From assembly GCA_037147175.1 (NCBI GenBank), contig JBAWVS010000007.1:3509-67508 (forward strand): 64,000 bases of DNA. The letters are read 5' to 3'. Both the position numbers and the translations under genes were made by a program. Positions 1 to 8,175 of this stretch are shown here, in pieces (positions within the stretch are counted from its first letter, which is position 1; each line of letters starts with the position of its first letter). Source of the DNA: a bacterium (GTDB lineage Bacteria; Cyanobacteriota; Vampirovibrionia; Gastranaerophilales; UBA9971). A model generated the notes under the pieces. It saw only the letters and a list, made by a program, of their open reading frames with translations. It did no database searches and was not told the origin of the DNA.

Positions 1-884
1 TCAAGTTTCAATATATCAGGATGCTTAAGCGCATAATCAATACTTTCAATAAGCTTCTGTTTGTTTTTTGCCAGATTATTTGACTCTAACGGCAAATAAT
101 TTGAAGCGTGATTTGACCTGAAGATACATTTTTCAAGGTCATTATCAAGATGCTCAAGAAAAATCTTTAACTCGTGAAGAATTTCAATATTACTCATAGG
201 CAGAAACTCGCCATTTCTTTTTTGCTCATAGAGATGAGTCTTTGGAGGAATCATCAAGGTTAATGCCGAAACATACCAAGGCACAGCAGGTTCCGGTTTT
301 ATTCTGTTTATTAACTCAGCGGTCTTTATTGCATGTTGAATGCTTTTTTCTTTATCATTACCGGCTAATCCTAAAATAATAGTTGCTGAAAGAGTTATTC
401 CTGCTTTGTAGAGTTTATGACAAGCCTCTGTTATTTCAGCAGAAGTTACGCCTTTGTTAATCTTCTTTAAAAGTTCATCATCTCCTGTTTCTATACCAAG
501 ATACAGAATTTTTATACCTGCATCAGAAATAGCCTTTAATTCCTCATCACTTTTGGACAAGATATCCTGTGCATGAGCATAAGCTCCGATTCTTGTTAAT
601 CGAGAATGAGTGTTATAACTATGTTTTGCTATTTCTATAAGTAAATCCGTCTTCATCACAAAAGCATTGCCATCAAGGAGAAACATTTTTCTGACATTAT
701 CTCCATACTGCATTTTTGCAGTATTTATATCCTGCTTTATCTCTTCAATGTTTCGGATAAGAAATTTCTTTCCCTCATTTCCGATACAAAAAGTACATTT
801 ATGAGTACATCCCTCTGTTGCTTGAATAAGCAGGGAATTTGCTTCTGAAGGCGGTCTGTAAACCGGCTCTTTGTAATAGATCAT
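1..884 (-). CDS. radical SAM protein (C-terminus runs off the left window edge)
   Basis: Absent from the supplied ORF track because it is open at the edge. My minus-strand translation from the ATG at 884 reads MIYYKEPVYRPPSEANSLLIQATEGCTHKCTFCIGNEGKKF... It has the CxxxCxxC cluster motif (CTHKCTFC), then LYLGIETGDDELL and IILGLAG, typical of radical SAM enzymes. Confidence 0.8.
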   Translation of the reverse strand, partial: MIYYKEPVYRPPSEANSLLIQATEGCTHKCTFCIGNEGKKFLIRNIEEIKQDINTAKMQYGDNVRKMFLLDGNAFVMKTDLLIEIAKHSYNTHSRLTRIGAYAHAQDILSKSDEELKAISDAGIKILYLGIETGDDELLKKINKGVTSAEITEACHKLYKAGITLSATIILGLAGNDKEKSIQHAIKTAELINRIKPEPAVPWYVSALTLMIPPKTHLYEQKRNGEFLPMSNIEILHELKIFLEHLDNDLEKCIFRSNHASNYLPLESNNLAKNKQKLIESIDYALKHPDILKL

Positions 885-1015
885 AATCTCTTTACCAATC
901 GAAATTTTCAGAAAACTCAAGCTATAAATTCAGATCTGACAAACCGCATTTGTGAATTTTTGCATCTTGTTCAAGCTGAATCTTTAAGCTGCAATACTCC
1001 TGATTGTAACTTGCA

Positions 1016-1450
1016 TTAACTCCACCAACACTGACCATTCTTGGAAATTTTCCGCCAAATTTCTTGCCAGTGCCATTTTTCTAATTCTACATTTCTTTTT
1101 AGAATATAAGTTTGTTTTGAAGTAAGTTTTCGATTTAACCAATCTTGTATAGGTAAATTGGTTTCTTCCTCTGTCACATAATCACCGGCATATTTTTCAA
1201 TATTTTTATAATGATCAATATGAGAGAGAACTTCTTTTATTTTCTTTACATCTCTGTCTTTGTGGAGATGATAACTATATTTGTCAATATTTTTCGACAT
1301 TCTGTTTAATTTAAATCTAACAATTTCAAGTAAATACTCGAAATCCCAATCTTCATCCCTCCATAAAACAGGAATCCAAACAAAAAGCCTTTCCATAAAT
1401 CGGAAAACTTTTTCTGGAAAATATAACATTTTTCTAAATACAGATTTCAT
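1016..1450 (-). CDS. hypothetical protein, Trp-rich, 144 aa
   Basis: Track ORF with no recognisable domain. It starts 4 nt after the stop of the HigA-like relic, so it may be co-transcribed with it. Confidence 0.45.
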   Translation of the reverse strand: MKSVFRKMLYFPEKVFRFMERLFVWIPVLWRDEDWDFEYLLEIVRFKLNRMSKNIDKYSYHLHKDRDVKKIKEVLSHIDHYKNIEKYAGDYVTEEETNLPIQDWLNRKLTSKQTYILKRNVELEKWHWQEIWRKISKNGQCWWS

Positions 1451-1454
1451 TATT

Positions 1455-1712
1455 TTAACCGTACATTGCCTTTATATTATCAACATTCGTTGTTTTTCTT
1501 GCTTGTGCTAAATCATATTGAGTTTGCATATTAATCCAAAATTCAAGAGTAAAATCACTTGACAGCTTATATTTAAGGTCTTTTAATCCCGGTAGAGTCT
1601 TTGTGAATGATGAAGTTATAAACTTTTATGACTCGTTAAAAAATTAGAGAATTTTTCAATACTTTGGATTTTAAGGAAATCGTGCCGTAAGATTTTTGAC
1701 TTTACAGTGATT
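1455..1712 (-). pseudogene. HigA-family HTH antitoxin relic (frameshifted, no usable start codon)
   Basis: My translation gives two frames. The upstream piece is ..ILRHDFLKIQSIEKFSNFLTSHKSL*. The downstream piece is ..FITSSFTKTLPGLKDLKYKLSSDFTLEFWINMQTQYDLAQARKTTNVDNIKAMYG*. Together they mimic the HigA pattern (PGEILxEEFLxPLGISxxxLA ... EFWLNLQxxYDL). Neither piece has an ATG. Confidence 0.5.
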
Positions 1713-1716
1713 CGTC

Positions 1717-1902
1717 TTACCCGATTTTTTTATGTTTTGAAAAATCGTATTCGTTTACAATATCACCGTTAGGAAGTTCGTAAACTATTTTGCCGTTGAC
1801 TGAATAGACATTCGGCAACCCGTTTAAACGGTTATGCTCCTGAGCTTTTTTAACCGCTCTGTTTCCGATTTTTGTTATTTCATCTGATAATGTTTGAGTC
1901 AT
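1717..1902 (-). CDS. small hypothetical protein, 61 aa
   Basis: Track ORF. Its ATG overlaps (ATGA) the stop of an upstream start-less reading frame (..LFYNGISNYSLIAKNEDSGLEILNDALYNEFVKDISK*), which abuts the MATE gene. Function is not recognised. Confidence 0.4.
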   Translation of the reverse strand: MTQTLSDEITKIGNRAVKKAQEHNRLNGLPNVYSVNGKIVYELPNGDIVNEYDFSKHKKIG

Positions 1903-2041
1903 TTACTTATATCCTTTACAAATTCATTATAAAGAGCATCGTTTAATATTTCAAGCCCGCTGTCTTCATTTTTTGCTATTAAACTATAATTTGAAATACC
2001 GTTGTAAAACAAATCCCAATCATCAACTATATCTTTGTATT

Positions 2042-3364
2042 TTATTTTAAATCAGCAAAGCATTTTTTAAGCTTTTTGATTAAGACTGCGCTGAAAATAA
2101 GCGAGCAGGTAAAAAGAGCAACAGCAAGTCCTATCCAGAGCCCGTATATTTTAAGGTGTTTAACAAATGCAAGATAAATTCCTAACGGCAATCCGACTGC
2201 CCAGTAACCGAACATCATGGTAAATAGAATTGGTTTAGTACTTCCAAGACCTCTTAACGCTCCCGACAGAGTTATCTGAGTTCCATCAAATATTTGAAAT
2301 AAAGCTGCTATAAATAATAATCCCGAGCCGGTCAGTATGATGTTTTTGTCAGTCGAAAATATAGACATTAAGCCTTGCGGAAAGACTAAAAACATTAAAG
2401 CAAAAATACTCATAACCGATAAGGACAGACTTAGTGCCGCAATTAAATTGTCTTTTATATCCTGATAATTCTTAGCACCGTAGGCATATCCGATCCTTAC
2501 ACCAAGTGCGTTTGATACAGCAAGCGGAACCATAAATGTAATTGATGCGAATGTAAAAACAATACTGTGCGCCGCAACTTGAACAGAGCTTATGTTGCCG
2601 ACAAGTATAGTGACAAAACTAAAAGCTGAAAGCTCAAGAAGCAGACTTAACGAGATCGGGTATCCTATGTTTAGTATTTTTTTGAGGTATTGTTTATCAA
2701 AGTAAAAATCTTTTTTGAAAAACTTATGACAATAAACTATAAGAGCAAGTCCCATTAAGCTTCTTACAACAAGTGTTGCTATCGCAAGTCCCTGTACTCC
2801 TATTGACGGGATAAATTTACAGCCGAATACAAGTATCCATGCAATCAAAAGATTTAAAAATACTGCAATTATTGCAACAGTATTGGCAAACATAACTTTT
2901 TCATAAGATTGCAGGAATTCTTTCAAGGCGTGATAAATATACGCACCGAGAAATGAGAAACTGCAAATATAAATATATTCTTGAATATTCGGCACCAATA
3001 CTTTTTCAAAGCCCATATAAGGGATTATCGGCACTAAGCTTAAAGTTATTATCATAAAAATCACCGATAAAACAGCAGCATAAAGAAGAGTAATATTTAA
3101 AAATTTGTTAATATCAGTCTTTTTACCTCTTTCTTTTGATAAAACGGGTGATATGCTTAGCAATAGTCCAAAGCCTGTCATAAAGATAATGGTTATTATT
3201 GCATTTGCGATGCTGATTGAAGCTACGGTATTTACTCCGTGTCTTGCCGCAACAAAAACATCCCCTGCTCCGATAAGCATTTGACCGAGTTGACCAAAAA
3301 TTATCGGAGAAGCAAAAACCAGCAAACTTTTTATATTCTTAAAAAAATTCATAAATAATGCCAA
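2042..3364 (-). CDS. MATE family efflux transporter
   Basis: 440 aa, about 12 hydrophobic segments, NorM/DinF-like N-terminus (..PIIFGQLGQMLIGAGDVFVAARHG..). Confidence 0.85.
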   Translation of the reverse strand: MALFMNFFKNIKSLLVFASPIIFGQLGQMLIGAGDVFVAARHGVNTVASISIANAIITIIFMTGFGLLLSISPVLSKERGKKTDINKFLNITLLYAAVLSVIFMIITLSLVPIIPYMGFEKVLVPNIQEYIYICSFSFLGAYIYHALKEFLQSYEKVMFANTVAIIAVFLNLLIAWILVFGCKFIPSIGVQGLAIATLVVRSLMGLALIVYCHKFFKKDFYFDKQYLKKILNIGYPISLSLLLELSAFSFVTILVGNISSVQVAAHSIVFTFASITFMVPLAVSNALGVRIGYAYGAKNYQDIKDNLIAALSLSLSVMSIFALMFLVFPQGLMSIFSTDKNIILTGSGLLFIAALFQIFDGTQITLSGALRGLGSTKPILFTMMFGYWAVGLPLGIYLAFVKHLKIYGLWIGLAVALFTCSLIFSAVLIKKLKKCFADLK

Positions 3365-3580
3365 AAACCTAATATCAGCTTATTAAAATAATACCTTAAA
3401 TATCAGTAGAGATTATTTCACGGCTTTCAACTTAATTTTGAAGAAGTTTCATATTAACTCATGGAATTAGCCTATTCTTATATAATTACAGTTGTTTTTA
3501 TTATAATTCTGTAAATATGATTGCAATTATCCTGATTAAAGGGTAATATATCCAAGTTATCAATATAAGAGAGGTTTGTC

Positions 3581-3883
3581 ATGAACAAAGAAGAATTAGT
3601 AAAAGAAGTTGCGAAGAAAACCAAAATGTCACAAAAAGAAGTAGCTGAAATTATCGGTGCTACCGTTGAAATGATTACTAAAACCGTTTCAAAAGGCAAA
3701 AAAGTTACTTTAGTCGGTTTCGGTACATTTGAAGCTCGTAAAAGAGCAGCAAGAACCGGTAGAAACCCTCAAACAGGCGCAGAACTTAAAATAGCTGCTA
3801 AAACTGTTCCTGCTTTCTCAGCCGGTAAGAAATTCAAAGAAATTGTCAATCCTGTAAAAGTTGCTGCAAAAGCTTCAAAATAG
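3581..3883 (+). CDS. hup: HU family DNA-binding protein
   Basis: MNKEELVKEVAKKTKMSQKEV...VTLVGFGTFEARKRAARTGRNPQTGAELKIAAKTVPAFSAGKKFKE is a canonical HU/IHF signature. Confidence 0.95.
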   Translation: MNKEELVKEVAKKTKMSQKEVAEIIGATVEMITKTVSKGKKVTLVGFGTFEARKRAARTGRNPQTGAELKIAAKTVPAFSAGKKFKEIVNPVKVAAKASK

Positions 3884-3902
3884 TTTTGACTTAACTTTAA
3901 CC

Positions 3903-3940
3903 AAAAATAGCTGAGTACGTAAGTATTCGGCTATTTTGTT
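3903..3940 (+). terminator. rho-independent terminator after hup
   Basis: Stem ATAGCTGAGTAC (3907-3918), loop GTAA, stem GTATTCGGCTAT (two G-U pairs), followed by TTTTGTT. Confidence 0.6.
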
Positions 3941-4008
3941 ACGGAGACAAATTTATAATAATATCTGCTATTATAAATATTGAATTTAAAACAACGGGAG
4001 AGACGTAA

Positions 4009-4806
4009 ATGCAAAACAGAAACGCTCACGAAATTGACTATAAAATCTACGGCGATGATATGCAGCTTATAGAAATAGAACTTGACCCTCAAGAAAGCGT
4101 CATAGCAGAAGCCGGAGCAATGACAATGATGTCGGAAACGATAGGAATGAATACAATTTTCGGAGACGGTTCAAGTCAAGAAGAAGGATTAATGGGAAAA
4201 CTTCTTGGTGCAGGCAAAAGACTTCTTACGGGCGCAACTCTTTTTATGACAGTTTTTACCAATAACGGACAAGGAAAACAGCACGTTTCTTTTTCTGCTC
4301 CGTATCCCGGTAAAATTATTCCAATGGACTTAAATTTGCTTGACGGAAAAATCGTCTGTCAGAAAGATTCGTTTCTTTGCGCCGCTAAGGGTGTTTCTAT
4401 AGGGATGGAGTTCACTAAAAGATTGGGTGCAGGTTTCTTTGGGGGAGAAGGTTTTGTTCTTCAAAAACTTGAAGGAGACGGCTTGGTTTTCGTTCATGCC
4501 GGAGGAGCGATTATAGAAAAAACATTACAGCCCGGTCAAGTCTTAAGAGTAGATACAGGCTGTATTGTTGCTATGACAAAAGACGTTGACTATGATATCC
4601 AAATGGTCAGCGGTATAAAATCAATGCTCTTTGGCGGTGAAGGATTATTCTTTGCTTCATTAAAAGGACCCGGAAAAGTATGGATTCAATCATTACCTTT
4701 AAGCAGACTTGCTAACAGACTTTATTCAGCTGCTACAGTAGCAGGAGGAAAAAGCACAGAGCAGGGAAGTGTTCTCGGCAGTTTAGGAAATCTTTTACAG
4801 GATTAA
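4009..4806 (+). CDS. AIM24 / TIGR00266 (DUF124) family protein
   Basis: 265 aa. The pattern ..YKIYGDDMQLIEIELDPQESVIAEAGAMTMM.. and GGEGFVLQKLEGDGLVFVHAGG..GEGLFFASLKGPGKVWIQSLP is typical of this family. Confidence 0.8.
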   Translation: MQNRNAHEIDYKIYGDDMQLIEIELDPQESVIAEAGAMTMMSETIGMNTIFGDGSSQEEGLMGKLLGAGKRLLTGATLFMTVFTNNGQGKQHVSFSAPYPGKIIPMDLNLLDGKIVCQKDSFLCAAKGVSIGMEFTKRLGAGFFGGEGFVLQKLEGDGLVFVHAGGAIIEKTLQPGQVLRVDTGCIVAMTKDVDYDIQMVSGIKSMLFGGEGLFFASLKGPGKVWIQSLPLSRLANRLYSAATVAGGKSTEQGSVLGSLGNLLQD

Positions 4807-4828
4807 AATTTATAAACGGAGAAAAATA

Positions 4829-5101
4829 ATGGCAAAAATTCTTGTTAAAAAACTCACTGAAGAAGAATTAAAATCTTTAAATCTTGATAATTGGGGCTCA
4901 TGGACTTGCGAAGTTTCAAGATTTAACTGGGAATACTCGGATAAAGAATCCTGTTATCTCTTTGAAGGGGAAGTTGTTGTTGAAACAGATGAAGAAACCG
5001 TGGAATTCGCAGCCGGTGATTTTGTTGTCTTTCCGAAAGGTTTAAAATGTATTTGGGATATCAAGAAACCTGTCAGAAAAGTATATAAATTCGGGGATTA
5101 A
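4829..5101 (+). CDS. small cupin-domain protein (DUF861-like)
   Basis: 90 aa with ..FNWEYSDKESCYLFEGEVVVETDEETVEFAAGDFVVFPKGLKCIWDIKKPVRKVY. Confidence 0.7.
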   Translation: MAKILVKKLTEEELKSLNLDNWGSWTCEVSRFNWEYSDKESCYLFEGEVVVETDEETVEFAAGDFVVFPKGLKCIWDIKKPVRKVYKFGD

Positions 5102-5109
5102 CTATTTTA

Positions 5110-5901
5110 TTACAAGCTATCAGTATCAATTATTACTCCATAACTTGAAATATCTTTATTATTTTCGTTGTAATATCCCCAAGGGCAACAAACTACCCTT
5201 GTTCCGTACTTTGTAAAATCTACATCGCTATGCACATGTCCATGGCACCATAAAACCAGATTGTCATTTTCTTTCATTATCCAATCTAAATTACTTGCAA
5301 AAGCGGCACTTAGTCTATCTTCTTTGTATTCTTCGCTTATGCAGTCTATACTTGGAGCATGATGAGAAACTACTACAATTTTCTTATCAGGATAGCTCTT
5401 ACAGGTTTTGTTTATAAAATTAACACTCTTTTTATGCCATTTTACTGTATCAGTTACGTACAATGTTCTTACTCTATCTTTGTCTTTGACATTCACATAT
5501 CTAAAATCATTCATTGATTTCCAAGCCATCCTAGAGCAGTAAATAGGATTACCGAACAAAGAAAAGTCTGTATATAAAGTGCAGCCTATAAAAACAACAT
5601 CTTCAACAATGTGTATATTGTTTTCTAAAAAACGAACATTGCCTTTTTTGAATTTATTTTTTAGATATTTTATTGAATGCTCTTTTGTATCACCTGAATC
5701 AAAAGTAACTTGGTTGTATCCCAAATGATTACCTTCAACAAATATGCCGTTTTTAATATTAGATTTTATCCATTCTTCTGTTGCAAATCGGTCTCCTGAT
5801 ATATCTCCGCAAGCAACGACAAAATCATCACCAAAGTCAAATTGGTAATTTTTCTTTTTGTTTATATCAGTATGAATATCGGATATTAGTCTAAGCTTCA
5901 T
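5110..5901 (-). CDS. metallophosphoesterase (calcineurin-like)
   Basis: Motifs ISDIH, ACGDISGD, EGNHLGY, VVSHHAP and CHGHVHS. I place the start at MKLRLISDIH (5901), not the track start at 5961, because the extra 20 codons lie inside a duplicated non-coding repeat. Confidence 0.8.
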   Translation of the reverse strand: MKLRLISDIHTDINKKKNYQFDFGDDFVVACGDISGDRFATEEWIKSNIKNGIFVEGNHLGYNQVTFDSGDTKEHSIKYLKNKFKKGNVRFLENNIHIVEDVVFIGCTLYTDFSLFGNPIYCSRMAWKSMNDFRYVNVKDKDRVRTLYVTDTVKWHKKSVNFINKTCKSYPDKKIVVVSHHAPSIDCISEEYKEDRLSAAFASNLDWIMKENDNLVLWCHGHVHSDVDFTKYGTRVVCCPWGYYNENNKDISSYGVIIDTDSL

Positions 5902-5914
5902 GTTTATTTTTCCA

Positions 5915-6007
5915 AAGTAGTCAAAACCGTTTATAGCGCAAAGACAAACTGAAAACCACAATTAAAAATAATTCTATAAATATTTTTCAATAATATCTTG
6001 TTACTAA
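5915..6007. repeat. direct repeat copy A (93 bp) of the phosphoesterase upstream region
   Basis: AAGTaGTCAAAACCGTTTATAGCGCAAAGACAAACTGAAAAcCAC..AATTAAAAATAATTCTATAAATATTTTTCAATAATATCTTGTTACTAA recurs at 7328-7434, differing by two substitutions and a 14-bp indel. Confidence 0.9.
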
Positions 6008-6053
6008 AGATATCTTTTTAGCTGGGTATTCGGCTATGGAACTTTCAAATTAA

Positions 6054-6380
6054 TTATCTTTCCCCGCAAAGCTTTCCATCTTCAAATTTATCCCTTAAAT
6101 CTTGCTCAACTTCTTTACGAATGCGAATATCACAACCTTTTAGGTACTTAATAGCATAACAAATAGCACCGTTTGCTTTTTTATGCCAATCTTGTTTTCT
6201 ATCATGGCTAGTAATTCTTGCTTTAATATCTCCCGATTCACCAATATCAATTGGTTTATAATTACCGTTATGTTTATCATAAACAACATAAACGCCTTGA
6301 TATGATTCAAGCTCTGATGGGGTCTCAAAATATCCCTGAAGTTTGTAATTCGTACCTGATTTACCTTTAATTTCAACCAT
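6054..6380 (-). CDS. GIY-YIG-like small protein (tentative)
   Basis: Start chosen at MVEIKGKSG (6380), which has an SD-like GGGGAAGAGG upstream. GVYVVYDK..YKPIDIGESGDIKARITSH resembles the GIY..YIG..R..H core. The assignment is weak. Confidence 0.45.
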   Translation of the reverse strand: MVEIKGKSGTNYKLQGYFETPSELESYQGVYVVYDKHNGNYKPIDIGESGDIKARITSHDRKQDWHKKANGAICYAIKYLKGCDIRIRKEVEQDLRDKFEDGKLCGER

Positions 6381-6451
6381 AATGAACCTCTTCCCCTTTC
6401 TTGATTTGTTTTTATCAGTGTTAGCTATAAAAATCAATATAAAGTCAGTTT

Positions 6452-6516
6452 AACATACGTTTTCACATCCATGTGGCTAAAGTTTATAGCCAAACGGTCA
6501 AAGTTTTTTGGTCTAA
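6452..6516. repeat. 65-bp conserved intergenic motif, copy 1
   Basis: AACATACGTTTTCACATCCATGTGGCTAAAGTTTATAGCCAAACGGTCAAAGTTTTTTGGTCT aligns at roughly 85% with 11536-11600. It contains the hairpin TGGCTA-AAGTTTA-TAGCCA and a tandem GGYYAAAGTTT. Confidence 0.8.
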
Positions 6517-6530
6517 AACAAGATTAAAAC

Positions 6531-6558
6531 TTGAATGGTTTAAAAAAGATGATATAAT
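6531..6558 (+). promoter_or_regulatory. sigma70-type promoter, probably giving a leaderless transcript for the 6565 gene
   Basis: TTGAAT (6531-6536), 16-nt spacer, TATAAT (6553-6558). The ATG at 6565 is only 6 nt past the -10 box and has no SD. Confidence 0.5.
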
Positions 6559-6564
6559 TAAACC

Positions 6565-7320
6565 ATGAGTATAGATGTTTCAGCAAAAATAAACCAACTG
6601 TTAAAAAAAGCACCTCATAATGTTGTTTTAACGACTGCATGGCTCGCAGAACAAGGAATCAGTTCTCAATTAATGGCAAAATATGTAAAATATGACTGGT
6701 TTACTTGTATTGCTAAAAGTGCATATATTCGTTCTGAAGAAAAAGTGACTCTTGAGGGCGGGCTTTTTGCTCTGCAATCACAATTAGGACTTTCTATACA
6801 TATCGGAGCCACAACGGCTTTGTCTTATCAAAATATAAGTCATTTTCTCAAAACTAATAACGAGAAAATTTTGTTTGGAACCAGAAAAGAAACTCTTCCT
6901 GTCTGGTTTGAGAAATACTTTTCAAATTTTAAAATTATTAAAACTGAGTTTTTGCAAAAAGATGTGGGAATTATTGATTACAATGCAGGTGATAATACTA
7001 TAAAAATATCTTCAGTTGAAAGAGCAGTATTAGAAGTTTTATACCTTTGTCCTGATAAAGCCAGTTTAAAAGAATCGTATCAACTTATGGAAATGTTGGT
7101 AAATGTTCGACCCGGTCTGATGCAGGAGCTTCTGGAAAAATGTAATTCTGTTAAGGTTAAACGACTATTTCTTTATATGGCAGAAAAAATAAACCACGAC
7201 TGGCTTAAATATATAGAAACAGATAAAATAGATATAGGAAAAGGGAAAAGAGTTGTTTCGAAAAATGGAAAGCTTGATAAAAAATATAATATAGTTATAG
7301 AAAATCTGGAAGAAATTTAA
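6565..7320 (+). CDS. AbiEi_3-type (type IV TA) antitoxin-like transcriptional regulator, orphan
   Basis: 251 aa. The layout KINQLLKKAPHNVVLTTAWLAEQGISSQLMAKYVKYDWF...LGLSIHIGATTALSYQNISHFL...VKVKRLFLYMAEK..W...IDIGKGKRVV matches my recollection of the AbiEi_3_N/AbiEi_3 family. Confidence 0.65.
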   Translation: MSIDVSAKINQLLKKAPHNVVLTTAWLAEQGISSQLMAKYVKYDWFTCIAKSAYIRSEEKVTLEGGLFALQSQLGLSIHIGATTALSYQNISHFLKTNNEKILFGTRKETLPVWFEKYFSNFKIIKTEFLQKDVGIIDYNAGDNTIKISSVERAVLEVLYLCPDKASLKESYQLMEMLVNVRPGLMQELLEKCNSVKVKRLFLYMAEKINHDWLKYIETDKIDIGKGKRVVSKNGKLDKKYNIVIENLEEI

Positions 7321-7327
7321 TGTTTGG

Positions 7328-7434
7328 AAGTCGTCAAAACCGTTTATAGCGCAAAGACAAACTGAAAATCACTACCCGCGTTCAATAATTAAAAATAATT
7401 CTATAAATATTTTTCAATAATATCTTGTTACTAA
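7328..7434. repeat. direct repeat copy B (107 bp)
   Basis: See copy A at 5915-6007. It begins 8 nt after the stop codon of the 6565..7320 gene. Confidence 0.9.
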
Positions 7435-7508
7435 TCAGTTTAAGTTACAAAGTTCAAGTGCTCAAAAGTATATTTTTCCACTTAGTTTGACATATTTTTA
7501 CACATTGA

Positions 7509-7542
7509 TTTTCCAGAAAAAATATGTTATTTTTATGGAAAA
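7509..7542. promoter_or_regulatory. imperfect 14-bp-arm palindrome upstream of abiEi (candidate autoregulatory operator)
   Basis: TTTTCCAGAAAAAA-TATG-TTATTTTTATGGAAAA ends 15 nt before the ATG at 7558. A third TTTTCCA lies at 7474. Confidence 0.35.
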
Positions 7543-7557
7543 ATAGATGGAGTAAAT

Positions 7558-8175
7558 ATGAAAAAAACCGCAAAGAATCTAATAATTTCACGAATTTATG
7601 GAAGGGGCAGGGGTTGGGCATTTACCCCAAATGATTTTATTAAGGATTTTAAGCGTTGGGAAGTGGATGACTCTCTTGAAGATTTAACAAATGAGAATAA
7701 AATTCGCAGAATTATGCGCGGACTTTATGACTACCCATTATATAGTGAGATTTTAAATAAGACTGTAGCACCTGATATGGAACAAGTTGCAAATGCTTTG
7801 GCGCGCAAGTTCGGTTGGAGAATTCAGCCAACAGGAGAAACTTCTCTAAATTATTTAAATTTATCAACACAAATAATGGGAAATTACATTTACTTATCGG
7901 ATGGTCCAAGCAAAAAATATGATATACTCGGGCAAACTTTAGAATTTAAACATACAACGTTAAAAGAAGCTACTTTGCAGAATAAAATTGCAGCTACAGT
8001 TGTTCAAGCAATTAAGGCAACAGGAGAAAGCAATATTACTCATGAATTTCTAAATAAACTAAAAGAAAAATTCAGCAATGATGAATGGCAGAAAATCAAA
8101 AAGGATAGCGTTAAAGCTCCTATATGGGTTTATAATTATATTTCTGAAGTTGCTGCAAAAAAGGAGAATGAATAA
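7558..8175 (+). CDS. AbiEi-family antitoxin (DUF6088-like)
   Basis: 205 aa, N-terminus ..IISRIYGRGRGWAFTPNDF...IRRIMRGLYDYP. It overlaps the AbiEii start by 1 nt (TAATG). Confidence 0.7.
   Translation: MKKTAKNLIISRIYGRGRGWAFTPNDFIKDFKRWEVDDSLEDLTNENKIRRIMRGLYDYPLYSEILNKTVAPDMEQVANALARKFGWRIQPTGETSLNYLNLSTQIMGNYIYLSDGPSKKYDILGQTLEFKHTTLKEATLQNKIAATVVQAIKATGESNITHEFLNKLKEKFSNDEWQKIKKDSVKAPIWVYNYISEVAAKKENE

Noticed and set aside
3478-3699. 73-aa minus-strand ORF overlapping the hup start.
   Set aside because: It is antisense to the HU gene and its promoter and has no support.
5902-5961. 20-codon N-terminal extension of the metallophosphoesterase (track start at 5961).
   Set aside because: The extension lies inside the duplicated non-coding repeat (copy A). 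The canonical MKLRLISDIH start at 5901 fits the family N-terminus.
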